Source: a virus
IMG/VR virus record: IMGVR_UViG_3300020165_002937
Direction: 5' to 3' (one strand)
Length of the DNA: 64,000 bases
This document shows positions 48,777 to 58,642 of the stretch, in pieces; positions within the stretch are counted from its first letter, which is position 1; each line of letters begins with the position of its first letter. The notes beneath the pieces are model-generated. The model saw nothing but the letters and a program-made list of their open reading frames with translations, was not told the origin of the DNA and did no database searches. The position numbers and the translations under genes are program-made.

Positions 48777-51700
48777 ATGGATATTTCTACAGGCAGTTGG
48801 TTCGAGTATCTTCGAGAAGAAGTTTTAACAGAGGGGTTGCGAGACATTGGTTTACCTGAACCCATCGTTGACTTTATTGAAGATGGGATGCCAGACGCAC
48901 CTGAAAAGTCGAAGATGTATGTCGGCAATAGGTGGAAAGAGCGTACGTTGACTTATGGGTCACAGAGGATAGCCGCACAATCTTGGGAGAACTTCATTGA
49001 ACGTAATTTTAAAGACCAAGTTCAAATTCAGACGCCCTCGGACGAAAGCGACGAAGAAGCAAGAGCGAACGTAGGCAAAAGCCCGATGATCGCTAGAACA
49101 ATGACTCCGTATTACGTTGGTGGTGTCGACGGCAAGCCTGTTGTACGCAAGATGTATGACGATGAAACGGTCAAACAAAACGAACGCATTGTCCTCGTTG
49201 TTCTTAATGTAAGAAACGCTTTTAGTAAACCAGCTGGTACTTGGCGTAAAGTTTTTATGAAAGCTGCCAAGGCTTTAAGTAAAGCCGGCCTGCCCTCCGA
49301 GAAAGTAGAAGTAGTTAAAAATGAGCTAGCCCGCATCAACATGTACAAGTTCCGGGATTGGTGGAACCAATATGACCTATTATTTGCTTGGCTTAATGAC
49401 GAAGCAACAAACTACGATGTAATCAAAGACGAAGAAGATATTAATACAGCCTTCAACATAGCTAAGGAGGATTTACAAGGTAGCGAAAAGCCTGATCAGA
49501 TTATTCACCAGTTTGAGGAGGGATTTTACTGGTATAACCTCAAAAAATCCAATTGCTCTGTTGAAGGTGAGCGTATGAACCACTGCGGTACCGATGGCCG
49601 GGGAACACTCGTATCGCTTCGCAAGGCTATGACCCCAGAAGAAGAAGCCGAGCTTTCTGTCTCAGACCGGCGACGTCTGGGAACATCCAATTCTTTCATT
49701 ACGATGACGGTGGAAGGCTCCACGCTTTACCAGATCAAAGGCTATGGAAACAACGCACCCGAATCGGATTTTTGGAAATACCTCGACTGGTTTATCGATG
49801 ATCAGAACATAGAATATGTTGGAGAGACCGGGGAACATTCGAGCGATGTCCGCGGTTTTCAAGAAATGAACGAATATCTTCAATCGGAACACCCAGATGT
49901 TGAGTTTGCAGGTGTTTTAAATATTGAAGAGATGCAAGAGGCCGTTGACAGGGCTGTTAATAATCACGAGGGAGAATACACATCAATCGAAGTCGAAATC
50001 CAAGATCCAGGGGACTACGGGCATGATGGTGCTGACGGCACCAATGCTTACGTTAATTTTAACTTTGATCTTGAAATTAACCTAAGTTGGCCAGGCATAG
50101 TCCACGAAGGTAACCTGCTGTACCCTGCAGTTGAAAGAGGTTCAGACATAGCCGATGATTTGCATGATGGCATACCTGCAGACTCCAGTGGTCCATATGC
50201 CACAGACTTCGAAGAAGAGATCGGGCTAGATGATATTGCATACAAGATGCCCGGGGATGATTATCACATTAGTTTTGAGGTCGAGATGAGGCGCGCCGTC
50301 AAGCCCGGTTGGGAATTGGGTGATCCAGAACCACCAAAAACCGCACACCTCCTTGTCAACATTAGAACAACTGATATAATCAGCGCCTACAACCCTGATC
50401 AGATCTACGACGAAGTTGTCGACTTATCTTCCGCCCTTAAAAAAGAATTTGAAAACAATTGGTTGGAATATACCGAAAAAGTCAGAAGCGAAATGGTCGA
50501 CGCACAATACGTCGTCAAAAATGCATATGATAGAACCCTCGCAAGCCTGCTTGGTAAGAAATTTAACCACTGGATTGGGGTTCAAGATAGCAGCGCGCTA
50601 GAATTTGCTTGGTCTGGTCTAGGTTCTGCCAGCAAAAATGTCATCAACGATGGCGGTCAAATGCCGATGATTGTTCAAATGTATGGGTTAGCGTTTGATC
50701 GAAATATAGGTGAAACATACTCCAAAACTTTTGGTTCTCCACTAGCAGGAAATCCACCAAGATTAGAAAACCCTGACTTAAATCGCAATATGGCGAGAAA
50801 TTTAGAAAAACTTTACAGCGCAAAGGCATCGAATCCAAACCAACAACAGCTAAACTTTGGTCCCGAGTACAAAGGCAGATCGCCCATGATTTTGTTGGCT
50901 GAGGATTCTCACTTTATCATTCAAGGCACTAACAGTGTCGTACGCCAAGGCGGCCGCTACGCAGCGCAACCGATCGAATGGCTTTATAAAATTCAGATGA
51001 ATTCACGAACTACACCAGATGAAATAGAAGTAACTCAAGAGATTTTAGACTACTTCGATGAGAATCCTGAGATGGTACAGCAAGCAGCGATACAAACAAT
51101 TAAAGATGCAGTATCAGGCACCGTATCATATGCCGAAGCTGTCAAAGACGACATCATAACAGGCAAGATGCCCAACGCGATGATTAGGAGGCTTGATAGT
51201 ATGTACGGTGCTAGAGCCGCTGAAGACCCGCTTACGAACTGGATGGCAAACAAGATTATGTACATTGCTCGCTGGATCGATCAAAACTTTGATTCTATGG
51301 ATGAGATTTCCAAATATGTAGCCTACTTCCAGTTTTTGCGACCTCTGGTTGACCAAGTCTCTGGAGCCGGCCGCGAAGAAATTGAAGTCGAGGGAGACGA
51401 TGCCGGTAAGCCACTTATGTTTGACAAGATGGTGCGAGATCAGCTTATAAGAATGGGCGCCCCCGCAAACACGGTCCAAGCTCGCAAGCAGGATCAGGGG
51501 CGCCTTCCAGAGAGCCTGGAAGAGCAGATTATCAGAATAGATAATCTCGTAAATGAAGCAGTTGACGTAAGAAGGTATGTCATGGAGATTGACTTGCTGC
51601 TGGACACAACAACCAAATCCACCATTGAAGACTATAAAGATTCTATCCGAGCATGTGAAGGGGTGACGACACTAGGCACAATCGCGACTCGCGCTGGCGT

Positions 51701-52268
51701 CGAAGGCACAACCGCGCTTTTTAGGTTGAAATTTGCGCTCCAAGGTCAGGCTTCCCGAAAACTATATCTGCAGAATATATTAATTCCATATATTCGTGGA
51801 ATTAGTGGCATGAAAATCGGAAGGGGTGGTTATAGCGCCCCGGCTGAGGTAGGCTCCTTGAGGGAATCCGATGGCCTAGGCGGAAAAGTATATAATATGG
51901 CAGCTCTCAGAGGCAAACAAGAGCCGATGGTCACGCCCCGCGCATCCCTTGATGATGTTAGAGATGAGTGGATGCATGGCGGCGTAAGAGCTTACGACAC
52001 CGTCATGACAACAAACTCCATGGGGTACCATGTCATGATGCCCACAGAGGAGCTGTGGCCCTTCTGCTCACGAGAATTCAGGGCTCCCAAAAACAATTTT
52101 GATGGAAGATATCAGGATTTTATTAAAAATGGAGCAACCGAGCCGGTATATGTGACGATTGATCGAAGGGGCAATATTTCTTTGAAAAATGAAGATGTGG
52201 TCTGGTTTGCTCACAAATCTGGACTTGAAGAAATACCAGTCCTATATAATTTTGCGATGCAAGCCTAG
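48777..52268 (+). CDS. Large multidomain protein, probably virion-internal, with a PcfJ-like domain
   Basis: 'EGERMNHC....LYQIKGYGNNAP'; L-x-E linkers; late motif at 48750. Confidence 0.5.
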   Translation: MDISTGSWFEYLREEVLTEGLRDIGLPEPIVDFIEDGMPDAPEKSKMYVGNRWKERTLTYGSQRIAAQSWENFIERNFKDQVQIQTPSDESDEEARANVGKSPMIARTMTPYYVGGVDGKPVVRKMYDDETVKQNERIVLVVLNVRNAFSKPAGTWRKVFMKAAKALSKAGLPSEKVEVVKNELARINMYKFRDWWNQYDLLFAWLNDEATNYDVIKDEEDINTAFNIAKEDLQGSEKPDQIIHQFEEGFYWYNLKKSNCSVEGERMNHCGTDGRGTLVSLRKAMTPEEEAELSVSDRRRLGTSNSFITMTVEGSTLYQIKGYGNNAPESDFWKYLDWFIDDQNIEYVGETGEHSSDVRGFQEMNEYLQSEHPDVEFAGVLNIEEMQEAVDRAVNNHEGEYTSIEVEIQDPGDYGHDGADGTNAYVNFNFDLEINLSWPGIVHEGNLLYPAVERGSDIADDLHDGIPADSSGPYATDFEEEIGLDDIAYKMPGDDYHISFEVEMRRAVKPGWELGDPEPPKTAHLLVNIRTTDIISAYNPDQIYDEVVDLSSALKKEFENNWLEYTEKVRSEMVDAQYVVKNAYDRTLASLLGKKFNHWIGVQDSSALEFAWSGLGSASKNVINDGGQMPMIVQMYGLAFDRNIGETYSKTFGSPLAGNPPRLENPDLNRNMARNLEKLYSAKASNPNQQQLNFGPEYKGRSPMILLAEDSHFIIQGTNSVVRQGGRYAAQPIEWLYKIQMNSRTTPDEIEVTQEILDYFDENPEMVQQAAIQTIKDAVSGTVSYAEAVKDDIITGKMPNAMIRRLDSMYGARAAEDPLTNWMANKIMYIARWIDQNFDSMDEISKYVAYFQFLRPLVDQVSGAGREEIEVEGDDAGKPLMFDKMVRDQLIRMGAPANTVQARKQDQGRLPESLEEQIIRIDNLVNEAVDVRRYVMEIDLLLDTTTKSTIEDYKDSIRACEGVTTLGTIATRAGVEGTTALFRLKFALQGQASRKLYLQNILIPYIRGISGMKIGRGGYSAPAEVGSLRESDGLGGKVYNMAALRGKQEPMVTPRASLDDVRDEWMHGGVRAYDTVMTTNSMGYHVMMPTEELWPFCSREFRAPKNNFDGRYQDFIKNGATEPVYVTIDRRGNISLKNEDVVWFAHKSGLEEIPVLYNFAMQA

Positions 52269-52286
52269 TTACTAGGGGATGGCATC

Positions 52287-53057
52287 TTGATTAAATTTTT
52301 AAAATATTTAAAAATTGTAATACCAGTCACTCTTTTTGTGCTGCTAATCTCTGTATTGTGTGTTTACGGGGCTTACGTATCTTATCAGGCGCCGACCTAT
52401 AAAGAGTTGTCTGCGATTGAGAACATTAGTAAAGGTTTACAAGTTAGTGAGAGACAGATTGTAAAAAAATCGAGACAGAGTACGGTGCGTGTCTTATCTG
52501 TCAACCCAGAAACTGGAAACATCGCCAGCTCTACCGGAACGTATATAACGGCTTTCAGAAAATACTATGTCCTAACTGTTATGCATGGAATTATAAGTGA
52601 CTGTGAAAATACAAAAATATTAATAGAAGGAGACTTTATTGACTGCCTTCGTTTTGTGGCGCTGGATGTACCCAACGACTACGCTATTATTGAATTAGAG
52701 GATGAAATAGAAAATCGAAAACCAATAAGAGTTTTAAGAGATATCCCACGCGGACAGCAATGGAAAAAGAACTTGTCGGTTATGACGGGGATATACTATA
52801 CTGGATTTCCAAACACCGCCGGCCCACTAACTTTTTCAGGTAAAGTTTCAGGCGTGACGTCAGATGAATATATTTATATAGACTCTTATGCTTGGTCGGG
52901 AGCTTCAGGGTCCGGTATATTCTCAGAAAATGGCAAGCTAATAGGCTATATAGTGGCAATAGATGTAGGCGCCACCGAATTTGGAGCGCAAGTTTTAGAG
53001 AACATCATATTTGTGGTTCCGACTTATCGTGTTGACTGGGCTTTTCTTTTTAGATAG
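52287..53057 (+). CDS. Membrane-anchored trypsin-like serine protease
   Basis: N-terminal TM; 'LTVMH', 'DYAII', 'GASGSGIF...GKLIG'. Confidence 0.85.
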   Translation: MIKFLKYLKIVIPVTLFVLLISVLCVYGAYVSYQAPTYKELSAIENISKGLQVSERQIVKKSRQSTVRVLSVNPETGNIASSTGTYITAFRKYYVLTVMHGIISDCENTKILIEGDFIDCLRFVALDVPNDYAIIELEDEIENRKPIRVLRDIPRGQQWKKNLSVMTGIYYTGFPNTAGPLTFSGKVSGVTSDEYIYIDSYAWSGASGSGIFSENGKLIGYIVAIDVGATEFGAQVLENIIFVVPTYRVDWAFLFR

Positions 53058-53116
53058 GACTTCATACGTATGAGGCTTTTGCATACTAATTAAATAAATT
53101 AGGTAGACTTTACTAA

Positions 53117-53335
53117 ATGAGCTTTAAGAAACCATACAAAGAGTGTTATAATGATATAACCCACAAGATCAAGACAATCGAAAACAAATTGACAGAGATG
53201 CGACTCAAAATCGAAGAAATAAAAACAAACTTACAACAAAATGAAAACTTCGAAGTAGCATCTGATATCGAGAATGTCCAGACTGACATTTCCGATTTGT
53301 TAATGTTTACAACTCAAGGAGAAATTAATGAGTAA
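53117..53335 (+). CDS. Small coiled-coil protein
   Basis: ORF downstream of the late motif at 53085. Confidence 0.45.
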   Translation: MSFKKPYKECYNDITHKIKTIENKLTEMRLKIEEIKTNLQQNENFEVASDIENVQTDISDLLMFTTQGEINE

Positions 53336-53666
53336 CGATGAAATTGCAGAACTGGTCCCAGCCGAGGATTCAGAAGATTTAAAACCGAAGCCCCCACCGC
53401 GCCTAGCACCCCGGGGTATTAGGACTTTTACTGTATGCCGGCAAGTAGATGAGACTGGCGTAAGTGGCGAAGGTGTTGTGATTGAGGGCGTTGAATTAGC
53501 GTCAGGTCACTGTATAGTCCACTGGCTTTACCCACCGCCTCGCGGCGGCATCGCTATTTTTGACTCTCTAGAAGATTTTTTAAAAGTTCATGTAAAACCT
53601 CACCCCTCAAACAAAACCATAATTACGTTTGAAGATGGTGAACAAACTATTTACGACGGAGGATAG
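53328..53666 (+). CDS. Hypothetical phage protein
   Basis: 'DETGVSGEGVVIEGV'; AAGGAG RBS. Confidence 0.6.
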   Translation: MSNDEIAELVPAEDSEDLKPKPPPRLAPRGIRTFTVCRQVDETGVSGEGVVIEGVELASGHCIVHWLYPPPRGGIAIFDSLEDFLKVHVKPHPSNKTIITFEDGEQTIYDGG

Positions 53667-53671
53667 AACAA

Positions 53672-54502
53672 ATGGCATATAAATATTCAGTTGGAAGAAG
53701 AGACTTCGGAGACATCGACTACGAGGGTGACGACAACACACAGATAGATTTTGATATTGATTATATTGGGCTTGTGACAAATGGAGTTCGCATTCTTTCG
53801 GTTTCTGGATCAAGAGTGGGAATTGGAACAGACGCGGCATCTGGTGAACTGCTTAATATAAATGCCGCTTCTGATGGCGATGAATGCTTTATACAATTTC
53901 AAGAAGGTGGTGCTGACAGAGCGAAAGTCGGCATAAATACATCTAACAACTTGGTATTACATAATCAATTTACAAATAAGCACATTGTTTTTAAAGTAAA
54001 TGACGAGGGCAACACCCGAGAGGGATTGCGAATAAATGGAGCCGTCCCAGAAGTGGTGGTCAATGAGGGGTCGGATTCTTTGGTGGATTTCAGGGTAGAG
54101 GGTGACGGACAAACACACCTATTCTTTACAGACGGAGCCAATGATCGAGTCGGCATCAGCACTGGTACCCCGCACAGTGGACTGCAAATTGACAACTCAG
54201 TAGCCTTTGCAGCGCGCACAATCACACAGAATCATACGGCGACAGCCGGCGACCACACCATCTTTGCTAACGCATCCAGTACGAACATAACCGTGGCCCT
54301 TCCCACTGCTGCTAATATCATAGGGCGCCAATACATAATTAAGCGCGTCGATTCCAGCGTAAATAGCGTGACAATAGATCCAAATGGCTCCGAGACAATT
54401 GAAGGAGCCTCGACAATGGCACTTCCCGATCAGCGTTCTGTTGTTATACAATCTGACAATAACAACTGGTGGATAGTGGCAGAGTATATCTCACCTCCGT
54501 GA
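53672..54502 (+). CDS. Fiber/spike-like structural protein
   Basis: 'RVGIGT' and 'DFRVEGD' repeats; C-terminal 'TVALP.A....GRQYIIK....TIEG.....W'. Confidence 0.65.
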   Translation: MAYKYSVGRRDFGDIDYEGDDNTQIDFDIDYIGLVTNGVRILSVSGSRVGIGTDAASGELLNINAASDGDECFIQFQEGGADRAKVGINTSNNLVLHNQFTNKHIVFKVNDEGNTREGLRINGAVPEVVVNEGSDSLVDFRVEGDGQTHLFFTDGANDRVGISTGTPHSGLQIDNSVAFAARTITQNHTATAGDHTIFANASSTNITVALPTAANIIGRQYIIKRVDSSVNSVTIDPNGSETIEGASTMALPDQRSVVIQSDNNNWWIVAEYISPP

Positions 54503-54534
54503 TGCATATAGACAATTAGGAACTAATTACTATT

Positions 54535-55488
54535 ATGAACAAATGGTTAAAATATCTTGATGAGGCAAGAAGGAGCCGACCAATCAGGAATAATAGGCAG
54601 GTATCAAACGAGCCATATCAGCAGGCAGTTAAAAAAGGTTACGTCAAAGACAGGAATAAGTATTTGAAGGGTGGTCCCGTTTCTACGAGCGCAGGCGGTT
54701 CAGGATACACGCAGAAGCCGGCAAATAGTCGCTCCCTTAACGCCCCACCTATCGGCGAAGACGTCGAACCTGAGAGCTTTGAGAAGAATTCTACGCTTGA
54801 GCCTGTAATATGGAGTGAAAACAAGATAAATGAGCAAGTACGAAACAAGATGCTCAAGATCGCCGAAGACTTTATGGAAGGGCTAGATATATCAGCCAAG
54901 GTGGAAGATATTAGGTTAACTGGCTCATTGGCAAACTATAACTGGTCTAAGTATTCTGATGTTGACTTACACATAGTCGTTGACTTTTCATTACTTGACG
55001 ACGATTTAGAGTTAGTTAAGGCGTATTTTGATGAGGCTAGGATGCGATGGAACGACAACCACAGCATAAAAATTGAGGGCTATGATGTTGAAATATATGT
55101 GGAAGATAAGCTAGAGAAACATGAATCTTCTGGGATCTACTCAGTGTTGAACAATGAGTGGGTGGTAACACCCGACCCATCCAGCGTCAGTATTGATTTT
55201 GACACAGCCAGAAAAAAGAGCAACAGCATAGCTACAAAAATAAATTTAGTCTCACACATAGTAGATAATAAGAGTTATGACGCAGCCCTTCGCGCAATAG
55301 ATACGATTAAAAAAGAAATACGCAGGCTACGACGCGCGGGACTCCATAGCCCAGCCCGAGAGTTTTCGGCTGAGAATATCGCATTTAAAATACTTAGAAG
55401 AGAAGAATCTCTGAAAAAGCTTAACGATTTGAAAAAATTGGCGTATGATAAGATGATGTCCATTGAACCAAATGAGAGTGATATATGA
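54535..55488 (+). CDS. Pol-beta superfamily nucleotidyltransferase
   Basis: 'LTGSLANYNWSKYSDVDLHI', 'DVEIYVED'. Confidence 0.8.
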   Translation: MNKWLKYLDEARRSRPIRNNRQVSNEPYQQAVKKGYVKDRNKYLKGGPVSTSAGGSGYTQKPANSRSLNAPPIGEDVEPESFEKNSTLEPVIWSENKINEQVRNKMLKIAEDFMEGLDISAKVEDIRLTGSLANYNWSKYSDVDLHIVVDFSLLDDDLELVKAYFDEARMRWNDNHSIKIEGYDVEIYVEDKLEKHESSGIYSVLNNEWVVTPDPSSVSIDFDTARKKSNSIATKINLVSHIVDNKSYDAALRAIDTIKKEIRRLRRAGLHSPAREFSAENIAFKILRREESLKKLNDLKKLAYDKMMSIEPNESDI

Positions 55489-55721
55489 AATACACCGCCA
55501 TAGAAGAAAGCGAACGCGTTTCTCCCGGTGAGTATTTGTTTCATGAACCCACGCAGGAGGTAGTTTTGTGTGGCTCCGTGATTTACGATAACAAAATTAT
55601 AAAAGCTTTGGGAAGTAAAGGAATGTTATCCGACAAATTTGAAAACTATAAAAAGATAAGATTAACAAAACAAGAGAAGATTGCTACGCACCAAACGCAG
55701 TGCAAAGGGTGTGGCGGGTGA
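55485..55721 (+). CDS. Hypothetical protein
   Basis: Coupled ORF with C-terminal CxxC. Confidence 0.5.
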   Translation: MKYTAIEESERVSPGEYLFHEPTQEVVLCGSVIYDNKIIKALGSKGMLSDKFENYKKIRLTKQEKIATHQTQCKGCGG

Positions 55722-55906
55722 AGGATATCGCCAGCTCCATGCTCGATTTTTGTATAATACAAACTCAGGTCTTAAAAGATCGAGAGCAGGATTTGAGAAA
55801 GCAAATACTAAATTGTAAACTCCAAAGGGAATATCTAGAGTCCATGATCCGTGACATAGGAACAGTCCCCAATAAGGAAAAAGAACTTATAATGGCAAAG
55901 GAATAG
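55700..55906 (+). CDS. Hypothetical protein (start possibly GTG at 55718)
   Basis: Fills the gap in the operon. Confidence 0.45.
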   Translation: MQRVWRVKDIASSMLDFCIIQTQVLKDREQDLRKQILNCKLQREYLESMIRDIGTVPNKEKELIMAKE

Positions 55907-55910
55907 CTTT

Positions 55911-56174
55911 ATGGCCCGAAACAGAAAAGAACTTGACGTAGGCATTTTTGCTCAAACACTTAACAACATCGAAGAATTCGCCAACAACATTTATATGGCT
56001 CAGTATTTACAAGAAGTCGTAGAGGGTCATATGAGGTTAGAGCAAGAATACCACCAAGCAATTTTAGCTGACGACCCTGACGCCATCGCCGTTAAAGAGG
56101 CCGAGATGGAAGTATACAGCAACTCGTTCGCCTTAACTTATCATCTTTTTGACGGCGCCGAAATCCTACAATGA
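55911..56174 (+). CDS. Hypothetical protein
   Basis: ORF with RBS. Confidence 0.55.
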   Translation: MARNRKELDVGIFAQTLNNIEEFANNIYMAQYLQEVVEGHMRLEQEYHQAILADDPDAIAVKEAEMEVYSNSFALTYHLFDGAEILQ

Positions 56175-56434
56175 CTAAAATATACACTTATTGTCTTTTT
56201 GACAACAAAGAAGTTTTCTACGGTGTTTATTCTTCTTTGAAAGCGGTACACCGCGATGCTATAAAGATATGCAACAGGGGTACGACAAGGGTATTGATGG
56301 AGTATAACAAAGAAATGCGCCCAGCTAATTTAACAGAGTTGCGCAACGTGCTAAAAGGCGAGTGTGATGTTTACGTGCTGTATAAATCTGATGCAGCATA
56401 CGCTAAAATTCTAAAAACGAAGCTGAGAGAGTAA
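56171..56434 (+). CDS. Hypothetical protein
   Basis: ATGA-coupled ORF. Confidence 0.55.
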   Translation: MTKIYTYCLFDNKEVFYGVYSSLKAVHRDAIKICNRGTTRVLMEYNKEMRPANLTELRNVLKGECDVYVLYKSDAAYAKILKTKLRE

Positions 56435-56695
56435 ATGAGCGAGATATATATAGTCTATGGTATAACAGACTGCCCCGCGTGTCTCAGAGCATGCGCGGAT
56501 TTAATGGAGCTTGACAGACAATACGTGTTTGTTGAGATGGACTTCTCCTCGGAATACAGAAACCTAATCAAAGAGAAGTATAATTGGGGTACTTTTCCAA
56601 TCATAGTAACTCTTTCAAACACGGCCGAAAATGTGATCGGGGGCTATAGCGAGTTGTCCGCTTTGGGCGCCCCAAAACAAAAATCAGCCGATTAG
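56435..56695 (+). CDS. Glutaredoxin
   Basis: 'CPAC', 'TFPII', 'IGGYSEL'. Confidence 0.85.
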   Translation: MSEIYIVYGITDCPACLRACADLMELDRQYVFVEMDFSSEYRNLIKEKYNWGTFPIIVTLSNTAENVIGGYSELSALGAPKQKSAD

Positions 56696-56749
56696 AGCTT
56701 TAAAAAAACACCGAGCAGGTGCTTAAAATAGTTGCTTTATATTTACTGT

Positions 56750-56998
56750 ATGGTCCTTAAACGCGGTGATTTGATTCGGTGGGTAGCTGATCACGACATA
56801 TATGAAGCCTCCGGTGACGTTTTAATCGGTCTGAAACCTAATTATAGGCATGGGATCATCATAGAAGTTTCCGTAAAAGATACTGATGCTGTGATGGTTT
56901 ATTGTTATGACTGCAAAAAAAGAAGGGAGGGCAATTGGATGATACTTGACACAAAGCACGACGGCATTAAACTTTTGAGTGGAAGGTCTAATGGCTAA
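56750..56998 (+). CDS. Small 'GDL'-type SH3-like protein
   Basis: 'LKRGDLIRW...GIIIEV'. Confidence 0.5.
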   Translation: MVLKRGDLIRWVADHDIYEASGDVLIGLKPNYRHGIIIEVSVKDTDAVMVYCYDCKKRREGNWMILDTKHDGIKLLSGRSNG

Positions 56999-57296
56999 CA
57001 TTTTCTTTAACGGCGAAAAACTATCCAAGCAAGAAGCAATCAACACCCTAACTGTTGAAATATCAAATTACTTTGATGGCAGATATGAAGTGAGGGCCAA
57101 TTCGGATGACGGAGGTTCTGTCTTAGAGGTCTTTGTCGAAGTCCCGATTGTTAATACCCCGATTTTAGAACAACACCCGGATTTTCCGCTTTTTGAGGTT
57201 ATTCCGAAATGGGCCGGCTGGCGATGCCAGATAGTAAAATGCCCAGTTGGATATATCGACGCAATTTTATTAGCACCGGAAGTTGATGACTACTGA
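56991..57296 (+). CDS. Hypothetical protein
   Basis: ORF with GAAGG upstream. Confidence 0.5.
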   Translation: MANIFFNGEKLSKQEAINTLTVEISNYFDGRYEVRANSDDGGSVLEVFVEVPIVNTPILEQHPDFPLFEVIPKWAGWRCQIVKCPVGYIDAILLAPEVDDY

Positions 57297-57345
57297 CAAG
57301 CTCCTTACAAAATTAAGTTGACTTATCTCGGTAGGCTGCTATATT
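57294..57345 (+). promoter_or_regulatory. Early promoter with upstream TGACA-N6-TTACA direct repeat
   Basis: TTGACT-N16-TATATT. Confidence 0.65.
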
Positions 57346-57367
57346 GTAAAGATAGAAAGGAAAATAT

Positions 57368-58018
57368 ATGAGTTCCCGAGTAAAAATAGAAGAAGCCTTG
57401 TCCCGCTCTGTTTGCGGAGGCTGGGATCGTGAGTTTCTTGAGTCGATACTGTCGCAACTCTCCAAGAATAAAAAACTTTCAGCCAAGCAAGGACTGACGA
57501 TAGGAAAAGTTCTGGCCCGCAACAACGCAGAAGCAGAGAAAGTACATGGTAGTTGGTCCACGGTGTACGAAGAAAAATATGCCAAAGATGCTCAAGTGTT
57601 GGCTAAATACCACAAACAGCAGCCCTACTACCGTAGCATGGCAGAAGATATTTTACGTAACCGTGTTCCCGAGCGTAATAAGTTTCTTCGCATGTACGAA
57701 AATAAATACTCAAAGAAAGTGTTGTCACAGCATCGTGCGGAGCCGAAATATAATGTTGGAGACTACGTGGTGGCGCGCGCTGGTCTTGATTCTTACAAGC
57801 ATGTCGAGTTTCAAGGCGCCCAGATGACGTGGGTTGTGCAGAATCGAATCACCGCCAACTTTAAGAAGCGCGGGGGTTTTGTGCTAGAAATCTGTGAAGA
57901 CATCAGAAATGCGGCCAAGGGTGCCAAGAGGTATAAACTCCTAACGATTGGAGAAAGAGAATCTATCATAATCGAAGAAAGGCACATCAAACACTCACGT
58001 AAAATACAACGAAAATAG
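57368..58018 (+). CDS. Hypothetical protein with C-terminal SH3-like motif
   Basis: 'WDREFLESI..Q......LSAKQ', 'PKYNVGDYV'. Confidence 0.6.
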   Translation: MSSRVKIEEALSRSVCGGWDREFLESILSQLSKNKKLSAKQGLTIGKVLARNNAEAEKVHGSWSTVYEEKYAKDAQVLAKYHKQQPYYRSMAEDILRNRVPERNKFLRMYENKYSKKVLSQHRAEPKYNVGDYVVARAGLDSYKHVEFQGAQMTWVVQNRITANFKKRGGFVLEICEDIRNAAKGAKRYKLLTIGERESIIIEERHIKHSRKIQRK

Positions 58019-58021
58019 TCC

Positions 58022-58050
58022 TTGACTCAGGCTACGAAACGGGCTATAAT
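58022..58050 (+). promoter_or_regulatory. Promoter of tRNA cluster 1
   Basis: TTGACT-N17-TATAAT. Confidence 0.75.
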
Positions 58051-58059
58051 GTATTATAT

Positions 58060-58145
58060 GGCTGATTGGTGGAATGGTATACACAGGAGACTTAAAATCT
58101 CCCGCCCGTTTGGGCTTGCGGGTTCGAGTCCCGCATCAGCTACCA
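58060..58145 (+). tRNA. tRNA-Leu(TAA)
   Basis: GGAGA-CTTAAAA-TCTCC anticodon arm, long variable arm, GGTTCGAGTCC, encoded CCA. Confidence 0.93.
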
Positions 58146-58150
58146 TTTAT

Positions 58151-58226
58151 GGGTTGTTAGCTCAGTTGGCAGAGCATCGGACTTTTAATCCGTAGGCCGT
58201 GGGTTCAAATCCCACACAACCCACCA
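58151..58226 (+). tRNA. tRNA-Lys(TTT)
   Basis: CGGA-CTTTTAA-TCCG anticodon arm, cloverleaf, CCA. Confidence 0.93.
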
Positions 58227-58234
58227 TTTTACAT

Positions 58235-58311
58235 AGGCTCTTAGCTCAGTTGGTCAGAGCGTCCCGCTCATAACGGGGTGGTCCTCGGTTCAAGCCCGAG
58301 AGAGCCTACCA
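58235..58311 (+). tRNA. tRNA with CAT anticodon (probably Ile2, possibly elongator Met)
   Basis: CCCG-CTCATAA-CGGG; acceptor stem AGGCTCT with C4-G69 as in tRNA-Ile. Confidence 0.85.
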
Positions 58312-58327
58312 TTTAATAGGAGAAAAA

Positions 58328-58531
58328 ATGACATACACAGTTATTTATGAAGAACAAACCACCGGAAACATGGGTACATTTACATTCGTATCAAGACGAC
58401 ATGATAAAAGCTATGCATGGGCAGAGTTTGAGAAAGAGTATGCACAAGAGGGGCAGACACCCATTATGATCATGCCGGGAAACCATCTTGTGTATTTTGC
58501 GTCTGACATTTCTTTTACAAATGTCGCTTGA
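58328..58531 (+). CDS. Hypothetical protein inside the tRNA cluster
   Basis: AGGAG RBS. Confidence 0.6.
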   Translation: MTYTVIYEEQTTGNMGTFTFVSRRHDKSYAWAEFEKEYAQEGQTPIMIMPGNHLVYFASDISFTNVA

Positions 58532-58556
58532 CTTAAACAGTAATTTAAGTTATATT
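58504..58556 (+). promoter_or_regulatory. Promoter of tRNA cluster 2 with TGACA-N6-TTACA repeat
   Basis: TTGACT-N17-TATATT. Confidence 0.65.
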
Positions 58557-58564
58557 ACTAACAT

Positions 58565-58641
58565 GCACCCTTAGCTCAGCTGGATAGAGCATCGGCCTTC
58601 TAAGCCGAGGGCCGTTGGTTCAAGTCCAACAGGGTGTACCA
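58565..58641 (+). tRNA. tRNA-Arg(TCT)
   Basis: TCGGC-CTTCTAA-GCCGA anticodon arm, A in the D loop, CCA. Confidence 0.93.
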
Positions 58642-58642
58642 T

